Assembly: GCA_963723165.1 (NCBI GenBank)
Contig: CAVRPP010000004.1
Location: forward strand, 26,644 to 90,643
From: an uncultured Actinomycetota bacterium
GTDB lineage: Bacteria > Actinomycetota > Acidimicrobiia > Spongiisociales > UBA4744
Direction: 5' to 3'
Length of the DNA stretch: 64,000 bases
Made by a program: the position numbers and the translations under genes. The notes beneath the pieces were generated by a model. The model did no database searches. It had not been told where the DNA came from and worked only from the letters and a program-made list of their open reading frames with translations. Positions 18,678-29,443 of the stretch are shown here, piece after piece. Within the stretch, counting starts at the first letter, position 1; each line of letters opens with the position of its first letter.

Positions 18678-19343
18678 GTGGACCGAGTCACGCTGGGAAA
18701 GATGCACCATCCGGTTCGCGGGTTCCTTCACGGCACCGCTGCGGTGGTTTCGTTTGCCGGGCTGATCGTGCTGGTCGTGAAGACTTCGTCGGACTTGCTG
18801 CGCATGTTCACGATGATCGTGTTCGCCGGAAGCATGGTGGCCCTGTTCACGACGAGCTCGCTCTACCACTCGGTGCCCTGGAAAGAGCGCTGGAAGAAAC
18901 GGATGCAGCGGTTCGACCACTCAATGATCTTTCTGCTGGTGGCGGGAACCTACACACCCATTGCGTTCAATGTCCTGAGCAGCTCCTGGAAGTGGATCAC
19001 GCTCGGAGTTGTTTGGGGTATTGCAGTATTCGGGATTCTGCAGAAGATGTTCTTCCCCAAGGTGAAGAACTGGCTTTCGATAACGCTCTACATGGTCATG
19101 GGCTGGTTTGCCGTCATCCCGGTCCGTGAGTTGTTCGATCGGCTTCCGCTCGAGGCAATGGTGCTCCTCATCGTCGGAGGAGCCTGTTACTCCCTCGGCA
19201 TGATCCTGCTGGTGACCAAACGGCCGCAACTCTTCCCGCGCGTGTTCTCGTATCACGAGGTCTTCCACGTGCTGGTCATCTCGGGAGCGCTGCTTCACTT
19301 CCTGATGATTCTCCTGTACGTCGTACCCATCGAGCGTCTGTAG
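18678..19343 (+). CDS. hemolysin III / PAQR-family membrane protein
   Basis: Seven predicted TM helices, with SSLYHS..., DHSMIFLLVAGTYTP and HEVFHVLV motifs. The start could instead be the ATG at 18702. Confidence 0.85.
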   Translation: MDRVTLGKMHHPVRGFLHGTAAVVSFAGLIVLVVKTSSDLLRMFTMIVFAGSMVALFTTSSLYHSVPWKERWKKRMQRFDHSMIFLLVAGTYTPIAFNVLSSSWKWITLGVVWGIAVFGILQKMFFPKVKNWLSITLYMVMGWFAVIPVRELFDRLPLEAMVLLIVGGACYSLGMILLVTKRPQLFPRVFSYHEVFHVLVISGALLHFLMILLYVVPIERL

Positions 19344-19966
19344 TGGACGCCAACGACGAGTTCATCCGAACTCGCACCACAATCGTCGACCTAGCCGACG
19401 GAACCCCGGTTCGAGTCAGACCGATCATCCCGGCCGACAAGGCGCGCATCGCCGAGGGGCTCAGCCGGCTATCCGCCGAGTCGCGTTACCTGCGGTTTCT
19501 GCGACCGGTCGATCACCTCTCGTCCGAAGAGCTCACTTATTTGACTGAGATCGACTACCGGTCCCACTTCGCCTGGGGGGCCGAGCTCGTTCGCGGCAGA
19601 GAACACCCCGGAATTGGTTTGGCCCGCTACGTGTGTCTGCCGGAAGATCCGACAACAGCCGAGGCAGCGATTGCCGTTCTTGACGCCTACCAGGGACGGG
19701 GCTTGGGCGGCATCCTCCTGAGTCTGCTGGCCGAATCGGCGCTCGAGAACGGCGTCGAGCGGTTCCGCTCGTACGTCCTGACGGACAACCGCAAAGTCCT
19801 GGCAGCGCTCGACGGACCCGGGATCGCACGCCGCGAGGAAGACAACATGGTTCGCTTCGACATCCCCTTGCCCTTGCCCGCTCATGCCGTTCGCGATTCC
19901 GCCCTGTACGAGGCCTTGCGAGCCGTGGCTCGGGGAGAAGTAGAGATCCGACCCCCGCGCCGCTGA
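19343..19966 (+). CDS. GNAT-family N-acetyltransferase (Pat-like acetyltransferase domain)
   Basis: VRVRPIIPAD...SRYLRF..., and acetyl-CoA motif VLDAYQGRGLGGILL. GTG start overlaps the preceding stop codon by 1 nt. Confidence 0.8.
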   Translation: MDANDEFIRTRTTIVDLADGTPVRVRPIIPADKARIAEGLSRLSAESRYLRFLRPVDHLSSEELTYLTEIDYRSHFAWGAELVRGREHPGIGLARYVCLPEDPTTAEAAIAVLDAYQGRGLGGILLSLLAESALENGVERFRSYVLTDNRKVLAALDGPGIARREEDNMVRFDIPLPLPAHAVRDSALYEALRAVARGEVEIRPPRR

Positions 19967-19987
19967 AGTTCGATCAGCAGCCTCACG

Positions 19988-21250
<1,263 letters not shown>

Positions 21251-21336
21251 ACACCGTTTGAGGACAACACGTCGTCGACCGGTCCCGGGCCGGACACGGA
21301 CACCGAGAGGCCGCCGGTGAAGACCAGAATGGAGTC

Positions 21337-22209
21337 ATGCGAATCGGCTTACTCGAAATCCAGACCGACCTCTCGCCCGCCGGGTGGGTCGCGGACGTGA
21401 TCCATCCACTCGGACAGGATGTGGGTTCGCTCGTACCGGAAGGTTTCGAGGCATACGCCCGGATCTTTCATCCGGCCGAATACGTCGTCCCGGGGACAGA
21501 GCGACCGGTTCGATGGGCGGAGATCGCCGCGACTAACGGCAGGCGAGTGCATCCCGAGATGCAGTTTCCGCACCTGACGGGTCGGTGGCCCCATCGCGAT
21601 AGCTCAAAGGGTGATCCACTGTGGAACTGCGAGCCCGACGAGGGTTGCCTGCCGCGTGATCACTCCGCAGCCCTGGCGGCGGTCCTCGCCCCCTTCACAA
21701 CGACTCCGGATCCGTGCTGGTTCTGCGTGTGGGACGGCTTCGGAGGATCGAAGCTCCCCTACGCGCAGAAACACAAGATGCAGCTGCCCCAACGGACCTA
21801 TCACTTGTTGAAGGGACCGATCGAAGGGATCAACGAGACGTTTCACCAGCCCGCGCAGTCGGAGCATACGCGAAGCTCCCAGCAGCTTCGCCGGCGCTGG
21901 TTTCGCTATCGGCCGGTCGGCCCGCCCGAGCGAGGTTGGCGGGGAATCGATCCCGTTGCGCCGCCCTCCGGGACCCCCACGAGCGAGTTTTGGCAGTCTG
22001 CCAATCTGTGGTGGCCGGACGATCGGGCCTGGTTCGTGGCAACAGAGATCGATCTCATGTCGACCTACGTCGGAGGGTCTCGAGAGTGTATCGATGCGCT
22101 GCTCGCCGCCCCGAAACTGGAAGTACTAGAAGCGCAAATCGGCGACGGGATCGGCTACGAGAGCGACCGGATCAACCCGCCGCCTGATGAACCGATCACT
22201 AGTAATTGA
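21337..22209 (+). CDS. hypothetical protein (290 aa)
   Basis: Long ORF with coding-like composition. Trp-rich motifs (CWFCVWDGFGG, ANLWWPDDRAWFVATEIDLMSTYVGGS). No family recognised with confidence. Confidence 0.7.
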   Translation: MRIGLLEIQTDLSPAGWVADVIHPLGQDVGSLVPEGFEAYARIFHPAEYVVPGTERPVRWAEIAATNGRRVHPEMQFPHLTGRWPHRDSSKGDPLWNCEPDEGCLPRDHSAALAAVLAPFTTTPDPCWFCVWDGFGGSKLPYAQKHKMQLPQRTYHLLKGPIEGINETFHQPAQSEHTRSSQQLRRRWFRYRPVGPPERGWRGIDPVAPPSGTPTSEFWQSANLWWPDDRAWFVATEIDLMSTYVGGSRECIDALLAAPKLEVLEAQIGDGIGYESDRINPPPDEPITSN

Positions 22210-22256
22210 CCAACAGAAGGGTAGGGCGAGCCGGCGCCGGGAGAGGGAAGTTGCTC

Positions 22257-24299
22257 CTACAGATCGGGCAGTTCGATGGCGTAGTTGATGGGAACGGTTG
22301 ACCCGCCTGAACCGACCGTAACCGGAACCACCACCCGGGCCTGGTCGATGAGGCAGATGCTCTCCTGTTCCGACTCGCAGTAGACGATGTAGAGATCGCC
22401 GGTGATCGAACCGCTCCCGGCGTTGAAGTTCACCGGGATATTCAGTGGGAACGAGGGGTTCACGATCGAACCCGTTGCGTCTGGCGCCAGATCGGCTACC
22501 CCGCCATCCACCTTCCACTCGAATCGTGAAGGGGCGAGCGGGTTGACCTTGTAGCCCCTTGGCATGGAGACTTCGAGCACCAGGTTGCCGGCACCGGGTG
22601 CCACTTCGATGGGATCGAGGGTGATGGTCGTTCCCCGGAAATCATCCTCTCCCGCGTCGATCACGTAGCGTTCCAAACCCTTGAGCACCAGCGTGGTCGT
22701 TTCCCCGGTCGCCTTGTCGACCACCCGGACCGAATGGTTGTTGGTATCTGCGACATAGAGCTTGCCGTTGGCGGCGTCGATGCCTCCCGGCTCGTAGAAC
22801 AGCGGGTCGGATCCGTCTCGCCAGCCCTGGCCACCGGCAAGCGTTGTGACCTCGCCGGTGGCGGGATCGATACGTTTGATCTTCGAGTTGTAGGTGTCGG
22901 CGATCCAGACGTAACCCCCATCGACAACCACACCAAGCGGGTGCTGCAACCGTACGGCAGTGCCGAGACCGTCCAGGTCCCCGAACGTGAAGAGGTCCTG
23001 GTCGCTGCCGGCCAGCACATCGACTTTCCGATCGTCGCCTGCAACATCGGCCCAGCGAATCGAGCTGCTCTCCGAGTCGGCGAAGTAGAGCCGCCCTGAT
23101 CCGTCGAGCGCAAGGCCGCTCGGTTGGGCCAGCTCGGCATCGGCTAGTGGACCGTTGGTGGTGCTCTCCCTGGTGTTGCCGGCGTACGGTCCCGCCGTGC
23201 CCGCTTCGAGATCGACCACCCAGATCTGGTGGTAGCCGGCCATCGCCACGTACAGGGCGTCGCCGTCCAGGGTGACATCCCAGGGCGAGTTGAGACCGGT
23301 AGAAACGGCGGGACCGCCCGCAGGCGGGAAGGTTCCTTTCTGACCGGTTCCCGCGAGGGTTGAAACCTGCCCGGTGAGGAAATCGACCATGCGAATCAGG
23401 TGGTTTTCAGTATCGGCGATATACAACTTCGACCCGTCGTCGCTAAGGGCGAGGCCCTGGGGTTGATTGAACGTGGCGGTACGCAAGAAACCGTCTGCGC
23501 TTCCCTGGCTCCCACTGCCGACGATCTCGATCACCTCACCGTTATCCAGCCCTGCCACGATGATCCGATGGTGATTGGTATCGGCAACGAACAGCCGGTT
23601 TCGTTCGGGATCGGCCAGTACCTTGCCGGGGAAAGACAGAGCCGTCTCCGGGAGGCCTTCTCTTTCGAGTTTGATATCGAGCGCCGTACGATCGATCGTG
23701 CCATCGAATTCCACGACCAGTGAGTCCAGCACCGGCTTGAAGAGCTCGTATACCCCTTCACCGCTGTGAGCACCAACAACGTTGCCGGCCGGATCGACGA
23801 TGGCCAGCGTCGGCCAGGCCTGGGCTCCCCACGTCCGCCACACTTCGAAGTCGGAGTCGTTGATCACCGGATGTTCGAGCCCGTAGCGGAGGATGATCTG
23901 TCGAATGTTGTCGGTATCGCCCTCGTTGTCGAATTTGGCCGAATGCACGCCAATCACGACGAGTTCGTCGGCGAACTCCGCTTCCAGTCGTTTGAGGTCG
24001 GGAATGACATGGATGCAGTTGATGCAGCCGTACGTCCAGAAATCGAGGATGACGATCTTGCCGCGCAGTTGCTCCAGGGCCAGGGGACGGTCGGTATTCA
24101 GCCAATCCAGCCCGGGCGGGAACTCGGGAGCGGGTGTGCTGCCGGCATACGACTGCGTACTTGGGTCGGGAGTAGCGTCCGGTGCCGTGGAGGACGGGAC
24201 TGAGCCGGCCGTCTCAACCGTGGCATCCGGTGTGGTACATGCCGTCGCCACAACGACCAGGGCCACCAAGAGCGTCACGAAGTAGCCGGTTTGTCTCAT
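22257..24299 (-). CDS. lipoprotein with a TlpA-like thioredoxin domain, an NHL-repeat beta-propeller and a C-terminal beta-domain (NHLRC2-like architecture)
   Basis: Start MRQTGYFVTLLVALVVVATAC at 24299. Redox motif WTYGCINC. Repeated ...LY(V/I)ADT.NH.I(R)... NHL blades. Confidence 0.85.
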   Translation of the reverse strand: MRQTGYFVTLLVALVVVATACTTPDATVETAGSVPSSTAPDATPDPSTQSYAGSTPAPEFPPGLDWLNTDRPLALEQLRGKIVILDFWTYGCINCIHVIPDLKRLEAEFADELVVIGVHSAKFDNEGDTDNIRQIILRYGLEHPVINDSDFEVWRTWGAQAWPTLAIVDPAGNVVGAHSGEGVYELFKPVLDSLVVEFDGTIDRTALDIKLEREGLPETALSFPGKVLADPERNRLFVADTNHHRIIVAGLDNGEVIEIVGSGSQGSADGFLRTATFNQPQGLALSDDGSKLYIADTENHLIRMVDFLTGQVSTLAGTGQKGTFPPAGGPAVSTGLNSPWDVTLDGDALYVAMAGYHQIWVVDLEAGTAGPYAGNTRESTTNGPLADAELAQPSGLALDGSGRLYFADSESSSIRWADVAGDDRKVDVLAGSDQDLFTFGDLDGLGTAVRLQHPLGVVVDGGYVWIADTYNSKIKRIDPATGEVTTLAGGQGWRDGSDPLFYEPGGIDAANGKLYVADTNNHSVRVVDKATGETTTLVLKGLERYVIDAGEDDFRGTTITLDPIEVAPGAGNLVLEVSMPRGYKVNPLAPSRFEWKVDGGVADLAPDATGSIVNPSFPLNIPVNFNAGSGSITGDLYIVYCESEQESICLIDQARVVVPVTVGSGGSTVPINYAIELPDL

Positions 24300-24424
24300 A
24301 ATCGGCATAGCTTGCCAGGTTCCCGGGGGTAGGACCCCAATCGATGAATAGTTCATCAATTCGTAAGCGAGCTCACAGACCGGCTAGCAGGGAGACGAGC
24401 ACCGATGCAACCCTCGAAGCGTCG

Positions 24425-25877
24425 TCAGACCGGCAGCTGGGATTGCTCAGCGCAGAGCGCTTCTATCTCGTCAACCGATGAGGGAACGCCGGCCGTCAGG
24501 TTCTCGTGCCCGCCGGCCGTGATCAGAATGTCATCCTCGATCCTGATCCCCAACCCGCCGAATTCAGCGGGGATGGGATGGTCAATAGCCCCGGCGTTCT
24601 CCTTTTCCTCCGCCTCCAGTTTCTTGGCTGCATCGGTTCCCAGCCGGTAGCGGCGTTCCATCCATTCGTCGTGATCGTATTCGAGAAGCGAAAAGGACGC
24701 CGTTCTCCGCTCCGGGTCAACATAGATGCCGGGCTCAATAGTGAAAGCCATGGAGGGCTCGAGGGGTCGGGGGGTGCGGTCTGGGTTCATAGAGGTCCCG
24801 GCGTCGTGAACGTCCATCCCAAGCCAATGGCCGGTGCCGTGCATGAAGAACTCCCGGTAGTGGTGCATGGCGAGCGATTCCTCGAGGCTGCGGGGTAGGA
24901 GCCCGAGCTCAATGAGACCTTCCGTGAGTACCCGTTTGGCGGTTTCGTGCAGCGCTTTCATGGACCCACCGGGGACGGCCTCTTGGATCGACGCCTCTTG
25001 GGCCGCCAGCACGACCTCGTAGAGGGCCCGCTGAGGGCCGGTGAAGACCCCATCGACGGGGAACGTCCTGGTTATGTCGGACGAGTGGTAGCCATACTCG
25101 GCGGCAGCATCGATGAGCAGCAGGTCTCCCGTCTCCATCCGCCGGATGTTCTCTACGTAGTGGAGAACGCAGGCATTCGGACCGGAAGCAACGATGGATC
25201 CGTATCCGACCCGGGCCGCTCCCTTGACTCGAAACACGTATTCGAGTGCCGCCTGCACCTGGTACTCGTACAGACCCGGCCGGGCGAAGCGCATGGCCTC
25301 GAGATGCCCTTCCACCGATATCTCGCATGCCCGCCGGAGATTCTCGATCTCAGCCGCGGATTTCCGCAGGCGCAGGTCACCCAGAATGGCTCGCGGATCG
25401 CCAATCGAGTCGGGGACGGGGCGGCCGTCCCGCGCACGGAAGCGGCGGGCCTGGCCGAGAACCGCATTGATCATGCCGTCGTGAGTTGAGTTGCCGAAGG
25501 TGTAGAACAAGGCCGGGCGCCCTACGAAGTACTCGCGCAGTTTTCCGGCAAGCTCGGACAGGGGATAGGCGGCGTCGGCCCCGTAGTCCGCGACCGCTCC
25601 GTCGACACCCGCCCTGTAGCCGTTCCAGATCTCCATTTCCCGGTCGCGCGGGCCGCACGAACAGGACGTAACGCTCTTCATCGTGGTTCGGGTTGAAGAC
25701 CGCCACTGCATCCGGTTCGTCGAACCCGGTCAAGAAGAAGAAATCGCTGTCCTGTCGAAAGTCGTGATCAACGTCATCGTTGCGAACCTGCAAACCGGCG
25801 GCAGGAATCACGGCAATGCCGTCACCTACGGCGTCCGCAAACTGCCGGCGGCGGGCCTGAAGAGCTACGTGGTCCAT
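24425..25877 (-). pseudogene. pepP: Xaa-Pro aminopeptidase, frameshifted as sequenced
   Basis: N-terminal domain in ORF 25377..25877 (...FRQDSDFFFLTGFDEP...ERYVLFVRP). Remainder in ORF 24425..25711 (RDREMEIWNGYRAG... plus the M24 metal motifs HGTGHWLGMDVHD and IEPGIY). The frames join at a C-run at 25649-25652. Confidence 0.85.
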
Positions 25878-25990
25878 GGGCAGCAGCGTAGCGGCCCGGC
25901 TTCATCCACTCTCCACGCGACGCCGCTGCAACGCTTCATGTGCCCCGTGAGGATGGGCTCTGAAATTGGCCTCGGATCACCGCCGGACCC

Positions 25991-27517
25991 TCAGGAACAA
26001 GCCCCAGAGGCCACCGCCATCAGGTCGGGCTCGGCGTCGCTGAAGGCCCGATCGGCACCGACCCGGCTCCAGTTAGTACCCCGCCAGTCGGTTCCGGCCG
26101 GCTCAGACCCGTCGTTACCGACGCGGAGTAATAGCCCGGCCAGTTCTGACCGGGTCGCGCAGGGTTGGATCTGGTCGAGCGTGGCAATCAGAGCGGGGAC
26201 TGCGTCCGGACCGAGATCCACCAGGTAGGCCAGATCAAGATCTGGCACGTTGGTGGCAGCCCCTCGCTCCACGTTCGTGCGGACAATGATTCCGGCCGGA
26301 TTGGCGATGGTCAACCCGGCCAGCACCACAAGAGCAGAAACGAAAGCACCAAGGGCAAACGTCGCCCGGCGCCCCCGCAACACGGTGAGAACCAGCCAGC
26401 CGAGCACCACAAAGACCCACCCCATGAATACGGTCGTGTAGAGACGCAGTTCGGTCAACCCAAAAACCTCCGTGTACAGCCGCATTCGTTGGAGAGCACT
26501 GACCAGAATCACCAAGGTCAGGGCAACCAATCCTCCGTGGAGCAGATCAACGGTGCGGGCGCGCCTCCGGCCCTTCTGGACCATCCAGTCCAAAGCCAAG
26601 ACCAACCCAACGACGAGCGTGCCGACGACAACCAGTTCAAAGAAGCCCCGTCTGGCGTACTCGGCGTAGGTCAAGCCGACCCGGATCAGAGTGTCCCGTC
26701 CACCGAAGAAATACGCCGATTGAACAATGACAAACGCCAGAAACAAGCCGTTGAGCAGTACGAGCACGGTGGAGGCTTCGACTGAGCCGAGGATGCGTTT
26801 CGCAAGCAGGTTGGGAGACCCATGGTGTGAGACGAATGCGTACCGTGTGGCACCAATCGCCAGCCAGGCGACAAGAAGCACAGCGATCACATGTCCGGTG
26901 ATCGACGCGAGATCGATGTCAATCGAGAGCACCGAGTCCAGGTAGTCCTCGAACACCGGATCGGCCGAAGCAAACAAGGCGGCAAAGAGACCAAGAATGG
27001 GAACGGCCAGGAGCCCTCCAATGAGAACCCGGCCGACCCGGACCATCTTTGCCTGCTTTGTCCACCGGCCACCCAAGTCAACGGAAAAGAACCCGAAAGG
27101 TTGGAACAGCCAACCGCCCAGGGTGGCAAAACCCGACCAGACATATCCGGTAATCGTCCACCGCAGCAGGCCGCTGCTCTTGAGAAGGCGGAACGTCAGG
27201 CCCAGGAGCAGTAGAGCCGTCACTGTATTGAGGAACACCAGACCTGGAGCGCTGCGAAGCGAAATGAGGACAGACCAGAAACCAAGAGCCGCAGCCAGTA
27301 CGAACGATTCCCGCGTCGTCTTGAGTCCAAAGAACGTGCGTCCAAGCAGTACCCCGGAGGCCACCAGCAATCCAACCGTGGACGCGCCGAACCCGACCGG
27401 GTGGCGCAGGATCAAGACGTCGACGGCCACACCGGCCACGGCCGCCACAACCAGCAACACCCACGGGTGCGATACGAGAGGCTGGGTGCCGTCTTCCGTT
27501 TCCTGGACCGCCGTCAC
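25991..27517 (-). CDS. polytopic membrane protein (DUF4153/DUF4173-like), unknown function
   Basis: 508-aa ORF with about 12 hydrophobic segments and a soluble C-terminal tail. The family name is a recollection and was not verified. Confidence 0.75.
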   Translation of the reverse strand: MTAVQETEDGTQPLVSHPWVLLVVAAVAGVAVDVLILRHPVGFGASTVGLLVASGVLLGRTFFGLKTTRESFVLAAALGFWSVLISLRSAPGLVFLNTVTALLLLGLTFRLLKSSGLLRWTITGYVWSGFATLGGWLFQPFGFFSVDLGGRWTKQAKMVRVGRVLIGGLLAVPILGLFAALFASADPVFEDYLDSVLSIDIDLASITGHVIAVLLVAWLAIGATRYAFVSHHGSPNLLAKRILGSVEASTVLVLLNGLFLAFVIVQSAYFFGGRDTLIRVGLTYAEYARRGFFELVVVGTLVVGLVLALDWMVQKGRRRARTVDLLHGGLVALTLVILVSALQRMRLYTEVFGLTELRLYTTVFMGWVFVVLGWLVLTVLRGRRATFALGAFVSALVVLAGLTIANPAGIIVRTNVERGAATNVPDLDLAYLVDLGPDAVPALIATLDQIQPCATRSELAGLLLRVGNDGSEPAGTDWRGTNWSRVGADRAFSDAEPDLMAVASGACS

Positions 27518-27615
27518 GAACTCACTCCCGGATCGCTCGGGGACACAACGCTGCCCGTCCCGGGCAGGGTTCCCGGGACGGCAGGCACCACAGCCAATCT
27601 GGACGGACTCGCCGG

Positions 27616-28581
27616 CTAGCCGGTGGCCCTGCCAACTTCGACGAAGAGCGCCAAATGATCGGAACCGAGGCTCTCTCCCAGATAACGATCAACCGTCGTC
27701 AACTCGCGACTGTGCACAAGATGATCGATAGGAATGCTCAACAGTGGGTAGCCGGCCGGCCACGACGCCTGCACGCCGAATCCCCGTTGAGAATTGACCA
27801 AACTCGCTTCGCCCGTGACCAGCGAGAAACCCCGCGACCAGGTCGATGCGTTGAAGTCCCCGGTCACGACCACCGGGACCTCCTGCCGGGCAGCCCACTC
27901 CCCGACTAGCCGCAACTGCTCATCCCGCGCCGCCGCCCGAACCCTGCTGACAGGAGACAGTGGATGAGTCCCAAGCACTCTGATCTCCTGCCCGTCCAGT
28001 TCGGTGATCACTTCGATCGACCATTGGCCAAAGTCGCCGAGCGGAACCACGTTGGCCACCATGTCGTCCCCCACCAGAGCCAGGGTTCCGAACACAGAAC
28101 CGGGCTCCCGAGCACTGACGGTCGTGTAGGGAAGATCGGATCTACTCAGAGCGTCCTCCCAGTCGGTCGAAGACTCGTGGAGGAAGATGATGTCTGCCCC
28201 ACTGGAATCCAGGTATTCGAGCACGGAGGCCCGGTCCGGGTTGGACGCCGTCACGTTGAAGCTCAGGATCTTGATGGTCCCCGAATCATCCGCCGGTGCC
28301 GGTTGCCACAGGTATAGAGGAACCACCAGCATCAGGTTGGCGACGAGAGCCGCCGACACCAGAATGGCCGTCCGTCTCCACCCCACGGCGGCAAGCGCAG
28401 CTCCCGTCCCGACCAAGAGCACTGCGTACTGGACCCGGAAATGGGAGGCTAGATCGAATCCCCACCACAGGCGTCCCAGGAACCCGGCCACTGTCAGGCA
28501 GAGCACCACGAAAGCGATCAACGCCGCGAGCCCTCCTATGAAGATGGAACCTGTGGAAAGCGATCGTTGTTTCTGCGCCAT
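27616..28581 (-). CDS. membrane-anchored endonuclease/exonuclease/phosphatase (EEP) family protein
   Basis: Three N-terminal TM segments, then an EEP fold with the terminal SDHLALFVEV motif. Confidence 0.85.
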   Translation of the reverse strand: MAQKQRSLSTGSIFIGGLAALIAFVVLCLTVAGFLGRLWWGFDLASHFRVQYAVLLVGTGAALAAVGWRRTAILVSAALVANLMLVVPLYLWQPAPADDSGTIKILSFNVTASNPDRASVLEYLDSSGADIIFLHESSTDWEDALSRSDLPYTTVSAREPGSVFGTLALVGDDMVANVVPLGDFGQWSIEVITELDGQEIRVLGTHPLSPVSRVRAAARDEQLRLVGEWAARQEVPVVVTGDFNASTWSRGFSLVTGEASLVNSQRGFGVQASWPAGYPLLSIPIDHLVHSRELTTVDRYLGESLGSDHLALFVEVGRATG

Positions 28582-28695
28582 GGGGCCATCGAATGGTAGA
28601 TGGGCTCCGGTCGGATCCGATCGGGGAAATCAGAAGATGGTATCTAAAGGACCGCATCAGCTACTTTGGTGCTTTGCTCTGGAGAAAGGTTCAGG

Positions 28696-29412
28696 ATGAC
28701 GACCCCGCATATCGATGCCGCTGCCGGTGATTTCGCCGAGGCGGTGCTCCTGCCAGGAGATCCACTCCGTGCTCAGCACATTGCGGACAACTTCCTCGAC
28801 GATGCTCGTCGGGTGACCGGCGTCCGCAACATGCTCGGGTTCACCGGCACCTACAAGAGCTTGCCGGTTTCCGTTATGGGCACGGGCATGGGCATTCCAT
28901 CGGCATCGATTTACTTCACCGAACTCGTGAAGGAGTACGGGGTCCAGCGACTCGTTCGGGTCGGTTCCTGCGGGGGTCTGGGCTCGAAGGTCAAGATTCG
29001 CGACATCATTCTCGCCATCGGCGCTTCAACGGACTCGGGCGTCAACCGGGCCCGCTACGGCGGTTTCGATTTTGCCGCGACGGCGGACTTTGGCCTGTTG
29101 AAAGCAACCCACGAGGCAGCCGCCGCAGCAGGCATCCAGGCACAGGTAGGCAATGTTCATTCGGCCGACCTCTTCTACAACCCCAACAAAGAGGCCTTCG
29201 AGACCATGGCCGGGATGGGCGTCCTGGCAGTTGAAATGGAAGCAGCCGGACTCTACGGCGTAGCCGCCGAGACAGGCGCCAGGGCTCTGGCCGTTCTCAC
29301 GGTCAGCGACCACATCACGACCGGCGAGTCCACCTCGTCCGCCGAACGGGAAAACACCTTCGACGACATGGTGCGGATCGCCCTCGAGGGACTGCTCATC
29401 GACCGCTTGTAG
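28696..29412 (+). CDS. deoD: purine nucleoside phosphorylase, DeoD type
   Basis: [26 protein letters not shown]..., [20 protein letters not shown]. Start at 28696 follows GGAGAAAGG. Confidence 0.9.
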   Translation: MTTPHIDAAAGDFAEAVLLPGDPLRAQHIADNFLDDARRVTGVRNMLGFTGTYKSLPVSVMGTGMGIPSASIYFTELVKEYGVQRLVRVGSCGGLGSKVKIRDIILAIGASTDSGVNRARYGGFDFAATADFGLLKATHEAAAAAGIQAQVGNVHSADLFYNPNKEAFETMAGMGVLAVEMEAAGLYGVAAETGARALAVLTVSDHITTGESTSSAERENTFDDMVRIALEGLLIDRL

Positions 29413-29443
29413 GCGCCAATCGCACCGCCACTACAGTCGGTCC

